Of a DNA stretch of 64,000 bases, positions 46,387-59,500 are shown piece by piece. Position 1 is the stretch's first letter; each line of letters begins with the position of its first letter. The translations under genes were made by a program, and so were the position numbers. The stretch is from contig NC_047071.1 of NCBI RefSeq assembly GCF_902459465.1, positions 17,546,001 through 17,610,000 on the forward strand. The letters are read 5' to 3'. The notes under the pieces were generated by a model, which saw only the letters and a list, made by a program, of their open reading frames with translations, searched no databases and was not told the DNA's origin. The DNA is from Asterias rubens. Its lineage: Eukaryota.

Positions 46387-46884
46387 AAACCATGGTGGTT
46401 TAGTTTCTTATGTCGGTTTGGTTTTGATTGAAAACTTTATTTAAAACTTAAAATGTTCTTAATATTTTGATAACCAATTAAGTGTCACGCCAAATTGCGT
46501 TTTCATCCTCAAATAAAATACAAGAGCGCCACCTTGTGCCGAAAGTTTGCCAACAGTTTTTTTGTTTTACTTTATAAATAATAAATAAATTTCTAAACAC
46601 ATTTATAAATTTCAATTTGCCCCCAAAAAAGGAAAACCGACTAAGTTGTTTTCCTCCTCCAATGCAAAAAAATAAAACAAAATAAACTGGAAAATATATC
46701 CCGCCAATGCTTACCCGTTGTGCCTACTAAGTTGACACTGTCTACATTGCGATATGGTGAGATTAAAGGCTGGGAGAGACTGCCCCTTTAAGGCCTTTAA
46801 AAATCTCACCCTGTCTGGTACATGTACTCCGTACGCTTACACTATCACATTATAAAAGTGACGCACCATACGACTTCAACAGGT

Positions 46885-47055
46885 TCATTCCCTTTTCGAA
46901 AATACGGTTTCAGCTTTGGATTCGGTTCAGGCTAGCTAGGCCCCACCACCCACGGTTGTGCTTTGCGTAATGCGTACGCCCTCATGGCTTCAGACGAGAG
47001 GACGAAGCCTGAATCCGAATCCAAAGCCGTAGCCGTGGTTTCGAGAAGGGCCTAT
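46885..47055. mobile_element. MITE with GGCCCTTTTCGAAACCACGG ends (relatives at 9885-9905, 22423-22587 and 35898-36030)
   Basis: Recurrent TIR and an internal TTTGGATTCGG(C/T)T.AGG. Confidence 0.6.
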
Positions 47056-47574
47056 GTTAGCACACTGCAGTGAATGCTTTGTTGTTTTGCGTGCAATAAT
47101 AACATAACAACATTGCAGTGCAGTAGAGACATGTCAGAACGGGGAGAACCAGCTGACGACTGTGGTCTGTGTCGTGTCGTCTAGTCAATCTGAGTCAGTC
47201 ACATAAAGTGAAATACATGATGACATAATCATACATCACGAACAGTCTGTCATCAAAACAAAAGATAAAGAAACAGTTCTATCTACATCAGTGCCGTCAA
47301 CGGTTGACTGTTAACTTTCAACCAGAGTGAGAAAGAGGTGTATTTTTTTCAATTTGCCCTCAAAAAGGAGGTGTATTTTTTCACCAAAACAACGCCAGCT
47401 AGACTGCTGTGCCCGTTTTGACATCTTCATGTGTTTGTGTGCCATTTATTTTGACCTTTGTAAACACCACTCAGTCGGTGTATGAAGGTTTTCGGAACTC
47501 GACAGGGAGATTTATCTTCACAGTGACAGTTTGTTTGCGTGTTCATTCCAATACTTCGCATGTAGAAGACAACG

Positions 47575-50500
47575 ATGGCAGGCTGTTGTAGAGCTCAGGT
47601 AGGTTCTGGTCTTTTAAATTAATTTGATGGTGATTTTTAATCAACATTCTTTTCCACGATCATGACGATTTTGTTTGCTGTACTGCAATTTCAGACATCA
47701 CTGTGTGGTAGTTGATTCCCCGGATCCGATTCCCCTTACTTTAAAAGCAAAAATAAACACTGGGAGCCACGTCATCGAAAAATTCCCTTGTTTTTAAGAT
47801 AATAAAAAAATTGTACTAGTCTACTCATTACTGCTACTATATTAGTAAATTACTATTTAGCTGAACATGTCTGGCTAAAAAACAAGTGTGTAGTTCTATC
47901 TGTAGTGTACCTACCAGAATGTGAATAAAAACATTGTGATTTAGAACGATCTACCGTCAAATAGTGTTTCGGTTTATTTTACTGTTGCCGGTTAAAAACA
48001 GTGTTACAATTTTGTTGATTTTTCTTTTCAAAATCAAGCCCATTTTACTGTCGCCGGTTAAAAACATTGTTACAATTTTGTTGATTTTTCTTTTCAAACT
48101 CAAGCCCTGTTGGGGAATGTTGGCCTTCTGCAGCCAATTTCACAAAACTTTATGCAACTGCTTTCAAGTCCTCTTTAGCAACGTTTAAGCATGTTTTGGA
48201 TAACTTTCCGTATGGTGCAACCACTTTTTCACTCAATTTTACAAAAAGGGATATATCTCATTGAGGTTAATTAGATACTCTATTATTTCATATCGAATGA
48301 AAAAGTGGTGGCGCTATACGGAAACTTTTCCCATGTTTTGTTTTAATACCTTGAAAATGTTTTGCTACTTGCCATTTAGTTAACCGTTTACATTTTTTTA
48401 AATTTTTTATTGAACCAAATGATTGTTTTAATTTCCAGGTAAACTGTTGCTTCAGAGGATCACCATGTCCCTGTATTTGCTGTCCAGTCCGGGAATCAAC
48501 CAGCACCAGAATCTTGTATGCCTTCTTCTTTGTGTTCGGATTTGTCCTATCATGTGTTTTTGTGTCAAATACTGTGGCACAAGAACTTCCAAAAGTAAGT
48601 TGGTATTTTGGACACTTCCACACAATAAGAGATGTTAAATTTGCATCATTCGGGGATAAATAATATTAATTTTGGTTTTACCCATACATCTAAGTGTGTT
48701 AGCACTGTATACTCAGTACTGTATACACAGGCATTTTCCACGGGTAGGATTCGTACACTAGTTTGTCGCAGTCTTTTCATGGTCATGATTGTTCAAAAAA
48801 AAATTAAAATTAAAAATACACGCGGCTTGGAAATTGAGAAAGAATTTATAGTTTTTGACACAACAAAGCCAATCGCCTCCTGCCCCAGGTCATTGCCTTG
48901 GCCTTGGTGCCCTTGAAATGTTCCAGTAGATTTTTACAATTTCCTCGTTGGGTGCCCTTTACCATGGAGAAATGCCTTGGTGCCCTTGCCCTTCCCAAAA
49001 CAAACAGGCCTGGGGTTCACAAAGAGTTAGGACTAGTCATATGTCGAGTTAGGACCGGACGAGCCTCAAGTTTTTTGTATCTCTTAGGACTAGTCGTAAA
49101 TTAGGATGAGTCCAAAGTTAGGACCAGTCCTTAGTTCTTTGTGATATTGACTCCTGACGAAGACATACATTTATGACAATGACATAATGTACATTTGTAA
49201 TAGGCTAGTTAATGCATTTTAAAATGATGTGCTTTTCCTTTAATTACAGTACCCTAAGCTGCTGGACTTCTGCCGTACCATCGGAGTAGGTGAAAACTGC
49301 AGCAGACTTATCGGATTTGCATCTGTATACAGGATATGCTTCTCTATGGCGATATTCTTTTTTATTCTACTCATTATAACGGTTGGCATAAGGAACAGCA
49401 AGTCATGTCGAGCAGCAGTTCACAATGGGTAGGTGTATACTTTAGGAGCATTTAAAAAATGGGAGACTTTCGGGCGGTCCTTTTTCACATGTTTCGCCAG
49501 TAGTGCGCGAGCTCAGACCTACGCCCCCATTATTGAGCACGTAGGGGCACGCTCAGAGTCGAAAAAAGGAATGTTGCAGCTGCTGCCACCAGCATCTCAG
49601 TTAAGTCCCCCACTGGGCATGCTGTATGTATGTGCATAAGAACTGAAGGCAGAACATTCTGCTGGACTGCAACATTGTGCCGAACTACTGCTCCCGAAGT
49701 ATGGTTTGCTTGATTCTGTTTACTTGTACACAACATGTAATGTATTTTTGTGATCTTTAGGCCTATTCTTTGAATTTCGGCCGGATGGTGTGGTCAAGCT
49801 CTGGTGTTGTCAGACAGAGAAGGTTCAAATCCATGTCAAGTGCCCCCGCCGAGCAAGGCACTTTAAAACCATTATTGCTTTGATAACAAATTGGGAAGGA
49901 AATGCATAGTGCTCTACAAACCAGGCTCCTAGTGGACAATGGTGGATGATACCGTTGCCTACATCCTTACGTAATGTACATGTACACCCTAAAGCACACA
50001 GTATGAGAAATCACAAAATCCCTTCCCAAAAACAAAGTTATTTCGGGTTTTTTCCCCCGCAAACATTGCCACCTAGTTTGCTGAATTTGTGTGTTAATTT
50101 TACAAATGGTTCTGATGCCCCTAAAACCACCGATTAGTCCATTTTTCTTAGACAAAACAGGAACAGAAATAAAGGGAAACCAATCCATTATAAACAATAG
50201 AAACAATAACATTTTCTAGTTGTTATCCCAGAAAGGAAGTGGAATCCAATCAATTAGTTCCTGCTGTAACCCCAAGTTCCTGTCAATTTATCCGACAGTG
50301 GTCATAGAAACTAAACAACGACCAATCTTTTGTACCTGTCTGTGACAGGTCTGGAATTTCAACTTTGAGAGGGCATGGCCATTTTCATTTTGCAAAGGGC
50401 GCTTCTCGTCTATTGGAAAACGACTGTTTTAAAGTGTATGGGAAGCTTTGAAGGGGCACCAAGGCCAAGATCAGGGGCAACAGAGTCTCGTGTAATTCTA

Positions 50501-53500
50501 GGCCAGCTGTATGGTCACTGTTTTCCAAGTCCTGTAGAAAAATAAACCAACAGGCAACTTGGATTATAGGAATGGAACCCACAACCCCCAAATTCTAGAG
50601 CTCGTGCAGGCCTTGAGTTCCAACTTTGAGAGGACAAGGCCATTTTTATTTTGCCAAGGTCACTTCCATCGAAAATTTACAGGGTTCAGGCCAGTGATTT
50701 ATTTGCATCAGGCCAGTGGTATTGTTTTTATAGACTGACTGTGTAATTATACGTTTAATTTGATACCCTGCTGAGTTTTGACGTATGTTCTCTTCTACAG
50801 CGGAGCTAATGGTGTTTCAAAGTGTTTCTATGGGTTTCTCTTCCACAGATTGTGGTGTTTTAAAGTGTTGATTATACTAGTTTTCTTTGTGGGATCTTTC
50901 TTCCTACCTATATCGGACATCATGCTGACCGTTGGGTTATACATCGGCTTCACTGGGGCTGGCCTATTTATACTCATGCAGCTCTGGATGCTGCTGGACT
51001 TTGCCGCAACGTGGAATTCAAAATGGTAAGTTGTGTCATGAAAACAACATTAGTATGGATAATGGCGTTAAGGAGAAGTGGGGGTATCTACCTGATAGCC
51101 AAACACCAGGGTCCAATTTCATGAAGCCTGTAAGCACACAAATTTGCTTAGCATGAAATATCTTCCTTGATAAAAACATGATTACCAACCAAATTTGAAT
51201 TTGTTGCATATTGCTTGTTGCTGGCATTCAGCTGTTATTTGCTTATCCTGAAAATCACGTTGAATTTTGGTTGGTAATCCTGTAATTTTCATGCTAAGCA
51301 AATTTGTGTGCTTACAGGCTTAATGAAATTGGGCCCAGACTGCGACTGCGTAGGTACTGTAACCACAAACAATGATTCACAAGACCTGTTCACAGCAACA
51401 GAGTTAGTTAACTTTACTGAGATTTCCTCGTTGACAGCGACCTATTGGTCCAAACTGTTATCCAATTAAATGGTGGTGTCCTGAGAGTGTATGCCTTGGA
51501 ATAGAGAGACATTGTATATAATTGTTTTTTTTTTTCATTTTATATATTTTCCAGGTCAGCAAATATTGATAATAACGGTTCCAAGCTCTGGTATGTAGGT
51601 AAGCTGAAACTTGAATTTTAATTTTTTTTTTTTTTTGGGGGGGGGGGGTGTTCAAAAACTGTCTTCAAAGTTTCATTTTGTTTTAAAATTCTCCATCTTG
51701 TGTAACCATTGCAAACGGACCTTCAGTTCAAATGTACACATACCTAACGTGATGTGATCCAAATACATGTAGTGACCCATTTCACCTGACGTCATGATCA
51801 GAAAAATCTTGAATGCGCCATACTGGTGGGCAATTTCACTGTGCGTTTATTTAGTTAACTCTATGCTGCGCGTTATGCAGTGAAAGTGTGCATTTTAGGC
51901 GACGCAGCGTTAATACACGTAAACCTAACTGCCCACCAACATGGTGAGCGTGGCATCAGTCGCCACTTGTGACGCGCGTGCCAGGGGTCAATTGGCTTGT
52001 TTGTCAGAAATATCAGTATAGAAAAACAAGCCAAAGCAGGCCAACAGGGGTGACACTTTCAAAAGATTTTTTTGTGTAAATTTAAATCACAAACTTTTGT
52101 AGTTTTGTGTTGGCAGCTTCCTCCTTGAAAAAATAACATAAACAAGAGGTGAAATTAGAATCGAAATAATTGTGCTATTTCAATGACTAGGCCGATTCAT
52201 AAAGCCTGCCAGCCAAAAAAAAACTTGCTAAGCACAGACAAATCTTGCTTAAAATAAACTAGTTACCAGCCAAAATTCAATAAAAAAAATTATCGTTGCA
52301 ATTGGTGCGCTACTCATTGTTTGCTTAGCAAAGAAATTTGCCAAGCAGTATTTTTTGATTAACAACTTTATGAAATTGGGCCCTGGTAATCTTCAGGAGA
52401 AAGCTGGCTTTGTTTCTTGTTATTTTAAAATATTTGACTTTCTCTTGCAGCCTTAATCTTCTTCATGCTTTTCTTCTACGCCCTTGCCATCGGCATTATG
52501 ATCTTTCTGATCGAGGTCTTTGGAGAAGGTGCTGAGTGCATCCGGAACATCTTCTTTGTCAGTCTAAGCGGCATCCTCTGTGTGTTTATCAGCATCATCT
52601 CCATTATGCCCTGCTTACCAAGTGGTAGGTAAAACTCTGTCATGTCGGACAAACAAGTAGAGTTTTTAGAGAAATGTCCAAACTAGGAACTAGGCTCTAT
52701 TTCTGCCATGACGCATTCTCCGTTAACCATTAAAACATTGGTCTACTGACTTGTCAAAACATCTGAGGACTAGTCAAAAATGACTCTGAGTGGAATCCTA
52801 ATTAGTGTTTATCTGCATGGTCTCCAATATGCCCTGCTTACCATGGAGGTAGTCCTACCTCCATGTGCTTACCCAGTGGTAGGTAAAACTCTGTCGCGTC
52901 GGACAAATTAGTAGAGTGTTTAGAGAAACATCCAAACCAGAACTAAGCTAAATTGCTGTCATGCAGCATTGTCCACTAACCATGTTAACAGTGGTCTGAT
53001 AACTTGTTAAAACATCCGAGGACTAGTCAAAATTAACTCTGAGTGGCATCCTCTGTGTGTTTATCAGCATAGTCTCCATTATGCCCTGCTTACCAAGTGG
53101 TAGGTAACCAAGAAGAATTTTTAGAGAAGCATTCAAACCAGGAACTACAGTCCCGCCCAAAATTCTTGGCCCATGTGTAACTAAACATACGGTACTCTTC
53201 CCCTGTTGCCCTGTTGCCCTCATTCCCCCATTCACCTCGCTCTCCCATTCCCCTCGCTCCCCCGTTCCCCCCGCTCATTGTTGTTAACCCCAAAAGCTAA
53301 GACCGCGCAATGAGAGACAACATTGCATGGGGGTGGGGGCTGGGGCCCCGGCCCCCAAAAATACAGCCTAAAAACAAAGGCTTGAAAAAATATTGAGAAT
53401 GTGCACAATGAACATTCATTGCTTAAAGGTGGGCCAAAAAAGGGGAAAACAAGAACAGAAAAGAAAGTCTTTTTGTTGCGGGGGCTACAAAAACATAATG

Positions 53501-56500
53501 GCCGGTAATCAAATTCTGTTACCAGCCAGTGACATTTGGCCCTGGTGAAGCTGCGGATAATCTAGATGGGGGAAAGTTTAGAAAAAGATTTTTCAGGTCT
53601 CGAAAAACCAGAAATTAACTTGAACAAGTACTATATTTTTCTATAAAATCAAATCTGTTTTAAAATTCTATAAAAAATAGCACTCCAATCTTGCAACTTG
53701 TTTTTTTATTTTTATTTTGTTATTTTGGTTATGAAATTGATACATAGCTTTCATTTGTAATTCAATGTTTTCAGATTACCCAAGGGGTGGTTTACTGCAG
53801 GCATCTATCGTGTCGGCTTACATCATGTATCTAACATGGTCAGCACTTCTAGTGGAACCACCAATGGAAGGTTGGTCACAGTGTTTTAATAACAGCAGAA
53901 TTGTTTTATACCCTTACAGTGATGTATATTAAGCACTGTATACTTAATAGTTTCATGAGTTCTGTGGAAGAAGAGAAATTCCAAAGGCAAATCCCTTGGG
54001 AGGAATTCGCACCCCACCACGAACCCATGACCTTTGTATTACAGATGTCAACCACTAGACCACTGAGCTAGGCTGTTGGCTTGAGGCAGTTCGAATTTAA
54101 AACTTTGTGTTAGCAGCAGATACTGCAACAATTTAATAGATGTTAGCAATGCAAAGGTCATGAGTTCAAATCCCACCCAAGTTATTTTCCTGTGAAATTT
54201 TTTTCACAGAAATATATATTATATGGGTTTTCTATCTCTAAGCAATCTCAACTAGGAATTGCGAACAAGATACAACAACTGATGCAGGTATAAACTGATG
54301 GACAAAATGAAGGTAAATATTTCATGAGACAGTGTGAGTTCTGGCTCAGAGATTAAACCAATTCTGCCTGTGATTTTAGGTCCACAGAATTTACTGTTTT
54401 TATTTCCTGTTTTGAATCACAGTGAAGACCCTTACAGTTGACAATGGAACCCAGAGCCAGTACAATGTGACGTACGTGACATGCGGTCTGGGTAGCTTTA
54501 CCTCGTCTCTATTCATCATGGACAGCACCCACTCTGAGCTGATCAACGCTATCATTGCAGCTGTTCTGCTTCTAGGTCTGGTGCTTTATGCTTGGTGAGT
54601 AGATTCCACTCTGGCTCATTGTAGTTTGGAACCAAGGTTTTAGCCTGGATTTGGTAAAAGGGGATTCCAAATTTGCTGAAATTTTAAAACTGGGTGTCTA
54701 AATTGTACGCTTACAATACATTTACAGATAAAACATGGTGTCCACTTGGAACAAAACATCAGTTCTTCAGGGGTGTAGTTTTTCAGGATTTTCTTAACTA
54801 TTCATTTGAGCTTTTCTGAGCTTTTGAGAAACAAAACAACATTACTTATCCTTTGAGCGTTGAAAATTTCTTGAAAGAAGTAAGACGGAAGTAAAATTTT
54901 CCATGGAATAATTTTACAGAGTTTTTCTCCGACATCTAAAACCAAAACTTCCTTCATTGTCTTCCTCCATTCGGGTTCTTGGCGAATACAGTGATTATGG
55001 CGATAGTTACTTTTAAAACTTGTATGCTCTCCTGGGCACCCCACTGTTGGTTGCTTTTCCGAGAGTTCTTGGCTTCACGTTCAAAATAAATGAAATGAAA
55101 TTTTTTTTGTCGGCAGTAGCTCATTTTTTTGGGTCTCATTTGAATTACATTTACACAAACTCATGTCATGGTATTTTGCTCTACTCCCAAGGATATCTTT
55201 TTACCTCATATAATTGCAAACCTATTGTTTTTTAAACGTCTTCTTGAACACATCCCCGTTGCCAATTCCTTAGCCTCTGGACAGGAATGACGTACAGGAA
55301 AAGAAGAAATCAGAGACATGCAGCACGCAACGTAAGGCAGCCCTTGTGTATCCCTGGTTTGTTGGTCATTTTTTGCATGGTTGTTGGTTATTTTCGTTTG
55401 TGGTTGCTGCCTCCTGCAAGGTAGATTATACACAAGTGGTTGGTGTTAACTTGTAGTGCTTACTTGCCGTTAATTGGTTTTGTTTATAAGTGTTGCAGAT
55501 GCATGAAACAGGTTTTAATCCCAAATAGAGCAGGTTTAATCACATTTAATGACATCCCTCCATACTTTCTAATACGAAAATTGTGTTTACTTGGGCAAAA
55601 ACATTTACAGGTGTGAGAAACTTCAGACTTTTATCCTAACTCAGACCTTTTGGGGCAATGTTGGGCAACATTTTTACAAGGGACCTTGGACACTCCAAAA
55701 CATGTTGTCCTTTCATTCGAGGTAGGCCTACATCTTTTAAAGTTTTACAACGATTCTACAATGTAGCAAGGGACCCTTGCTAAATTGCTCTTGTGTGAAA
55801 GGGGCTTAGCTGTAAAAGAAGTTTACTCCTTGTTGTTCTTTTGAATGGTTCAGTTCAGACAAACGTTGAATTTCATCTGACAGAATCAATTCAACTTTTT
55901 TGGGCGGCTTGAGAGATGTATAGAGACTGTCAACCATTGATTCATGAGTACCAGCTACTTTAGTAGCTTGCTTAATTACCCAGCTTGGTGGCAAAATTTG
56001 ACACCAACCGTGGATTAGCTCAGATTTTCGTTTTAGTAAGCGGTAAGCGCTAAGCAGCACGGTAAAATAATGTTATTTTTCTTAGCAAGACTTTCAAAAT
56101 GCCTTTAGATGCTAACACATTGTAGCATGAGATATAGACGGCTTGCCAGGCGTTAGTTGTGTTTAACAATAACATTTTATGTTTTGTCTCCAAACTTTGG
56201 AAAATGTTATCTTCCATTTAAATTGATTAAGTTCATGATTTATCATGGTGGCAATCTTTGGGCTGTCTCAGTGGAAAAATTACCTTGGAGGCAATTATCT
56301 TACCAGCAGTTTGTCAAGTTTGACTGGCGGTACCTGGATTATTTTTGAGCTATGCTAACCAGCTTACTTATTTTTGATAACTTTGCTTTTTGCGTATTAC
56401 GTACCGTGACCGTTCCCAGCTAAGTTTAGCTTATTGACTAATATTGCACTATAGGATGGAATGATTCTAAAGCCCGGTTCATACTTCTTGCGGATGCGAA

Positions 56501-59500
56501 TGGGATGCGTATTTGACGTCATAACCTCCCCTTCGCAGCGACATTCGCAAGTGAGTTGAGCAGAGTTGAACTGCTGCAAAATATTCGTTGTGAATTTGTG
56601 ACGTCAACATTCGCTTTGCCTTCGCATTCGCAGGAAGTATGAACCGGGCTTAATACAGCCATTGCTTAACCATCTTGTACAGTGATTTTGATGAATTGGT
56701 GTTTTGTTATTTTTTGAATTATTGGTCAGGTCCAAATCAACAGCTTCAGTAGTGGCTATGGCTCTGGCTAGAGTACTGAAAAGGCCTATTCCACAATATT
56801 GTTGCTGCAGCCAACATTCATAGCCGATGCTGAAGTCGCTTGATTTGGATGCAGCCTTAGGCCTATGTCACACGAGGCAATTTACAGACAACCAGTTCCA
56901 AGCAATCTCAAAGAAGAAAAGGCATTCCTATTTGACTGTTCAACATATTTTTGCAAGGGATCCTAAGACATTGCTCTAAAAGTTGCTCATATTGCTACCT
57001 AAGTGTTTCTATTGCATGCACTGCAGTTGTTTGCCTCCAAGATGCCTGTAAAAGTTGCCTCGTGTGACAAGGCCCTTACAATGCAGTGGAGTCCTGTGCA
57101 TGCTGTGTTTTTATAACTTGGGGTTTAACAAAGAAAATTGTCTAGAGCGGGTTTCGAACCAACGACCTTTGGATTAATGTACCGACACTCTACCAACTGA
57201 GCTGGCTAGCCCGATGCCAGCGGCTGACACCCCCAAATAAAGACATTGACAAATGATGGAGACCATCAACCTAGGGCTTGTAAGCTCAGTTAAGCCGCCG
57301 GATGTTATTCCAAAGGTCTTTGGTTCAAGTCCTGCCTTAGTAAACTTTTCTTTGTTCCACCCCAAAATCATTTAAAATCGTTTTTGTTATTTTTTGTTAC
57401 TTCTTGCCTGCCTTGCAGTGTGCGTTCATCTGGTACATCACTCCGCTTCTCAAGCCCTAACTCCCATCCTGTGAATGCATGCTTAACTAACAGGCAACAG
57501 ACACTGCAGCATGAGGTACTGCCTGTGTACCAGGGGCAGGGTGCAATATTAACCTTTCAAAATATACACCTTGTTTATTGATCACAATGAATGATAGACT
57601 TGTGGAAATGCATATATAATGATAGACTTGTGGACAAGTCCTTAATGGTCTGCCGCGATGAGATAGCCGAGTTGTGGCGGTGCTCTCGCGAGCTCACTGC
57701 TCTCGCTCCAATTGCTGGTTGCGGACTTCTACTTCCCAATAATGGGAATGTCGACGTGAGAGCAGTAGTCTCGCGAGAATATCGCGGGAATCGCGAGAAG
57801 ATATTCGGAACGCTATCACTGTGACAGACATTTAACGACTTGTCCACAAGTGTAGTATAATGAAGAATAAAGTTTTCAAGATACAATTTAATGTGTTTGA
57901 AAAATGCCTGGAAGGAAAGAGTAATATCGCACCTTTCCTTTTGTTACACGTCTTAACTGTAGCAGAGTAGATAATGTTGAACAGTTTAGACAAGATCCAC
58001 TTCACCTATGATATGATTAAGTAATAATCCGTCATTGATGTATTTCAGATTGTTGCAGCTCCCCAGTCCACTTCGACATTCTGTTGTTGCTGCACTACAT
58101 CAACGCCAACCCGAAATGGTAGGTCATGCTATACTAATACTTTAGAGAGAACATTAAAGTCCTGACAGTGACTAGAGCAAGCTAGTCAAAACAACCAATT
58201 AAGAACTCGCTCCGCTGAAGTGAAGTTATTCGCCTTTTGAGATTGTTTTCTTACTTTCTTAAGATGGCCTTGACAATTCAATGGACTGTGCCTGCAATAT
58301 TTTTATCCAGGTTACTGTTTCGCATTTGTTCAAACAATTTTGTTTTATATGTGTTGTAAATATTTTCTCTCCTTAACCATATAAACTATGTCTTTAATTT
58401 GTAGTAGTGTAATTTTTTCTAATTTAAAATCTTTGTACATTTTTCTGTACTTCAACATCTGGTCGCCATGGGAATTTTGTTTTTAAAGAATAAACCAATA
58501 ATGAATAAATGAATGTATTACGCTATCAATGCATTGTAACGACTTGTCCACAAGTCTACTCTGCACTCAATGCACACTGCCTTATATTATTTTTTTAGTT
58601 ATTATTTTTAACATTCAGATAATAATGCAGAGAGAGGAGATGATAAAAGAGTGAGTTTGGGACTGATTCACAACGAGAGAGACGGAGTCATCTACAGCTA
58701 CTCTTTCTTTCATCTCACACTGGTCCTGGCATCTCTCTATGTCATGATGACTCTCACTAACTGGTATAGGTAAGTTACCGCTGTCTGCTGCACGCATTCA
58801 AACCAGTTAACCGCTGACCGTAGTGTATTTGCTGAATTATTAACCAGTTTACCACTAACCATAATTGCAGAATTGTTAATCTATTTGCCACTAACCATAA
58901 TACTCTTGCAGAATTATAAACCAGTTCACCACTGACAATTTTATTACTCCTTTGTGGTTTTTCTCTTTGTTGATATTTGTGTATTTTTTTCTGTTTTGGT
59001 TATTATCCTTTCTTAAATTTTTATTTTTTTATTTGTTTGAGTACTAGGATCCAGTGTTTGTACATGAGTTTGCAATAATTTCTCCTGTCGCCTTTTATTC
59101 TTGTATGTTCAGTAAATTTGTTTAGGTTTTAGGTAAGCTGGATTCATAGAAGATCAGTGATTTTTTTCTCACTAAAATACAAAAAAAAATTATTATACGA
59201 ATTATTGGCCAGTTGACCTGACAGAGTAATATGTAATTCTACTGTCTTTAGTAATTTAATGTGTTATAAACTGGTTATCAGCTCTCTAAACTTTCACACA
59301 GGGTAACATTTTGCGTGTTAAATGATTTCAATTATGAAAAAGATATTTAGTTTTTGTTTCCCCTCTCCTGTAAGCGTAGTAGTGTAAGAAAACATTTTCT
59401 GATTGATATTATTTATTTTTTATTTATTAGTTGTTGTGATTAAATGACTTGATCAGTTGACGTGATTAAAGACACTGGACACTATTGGTAATTGTCAAAG

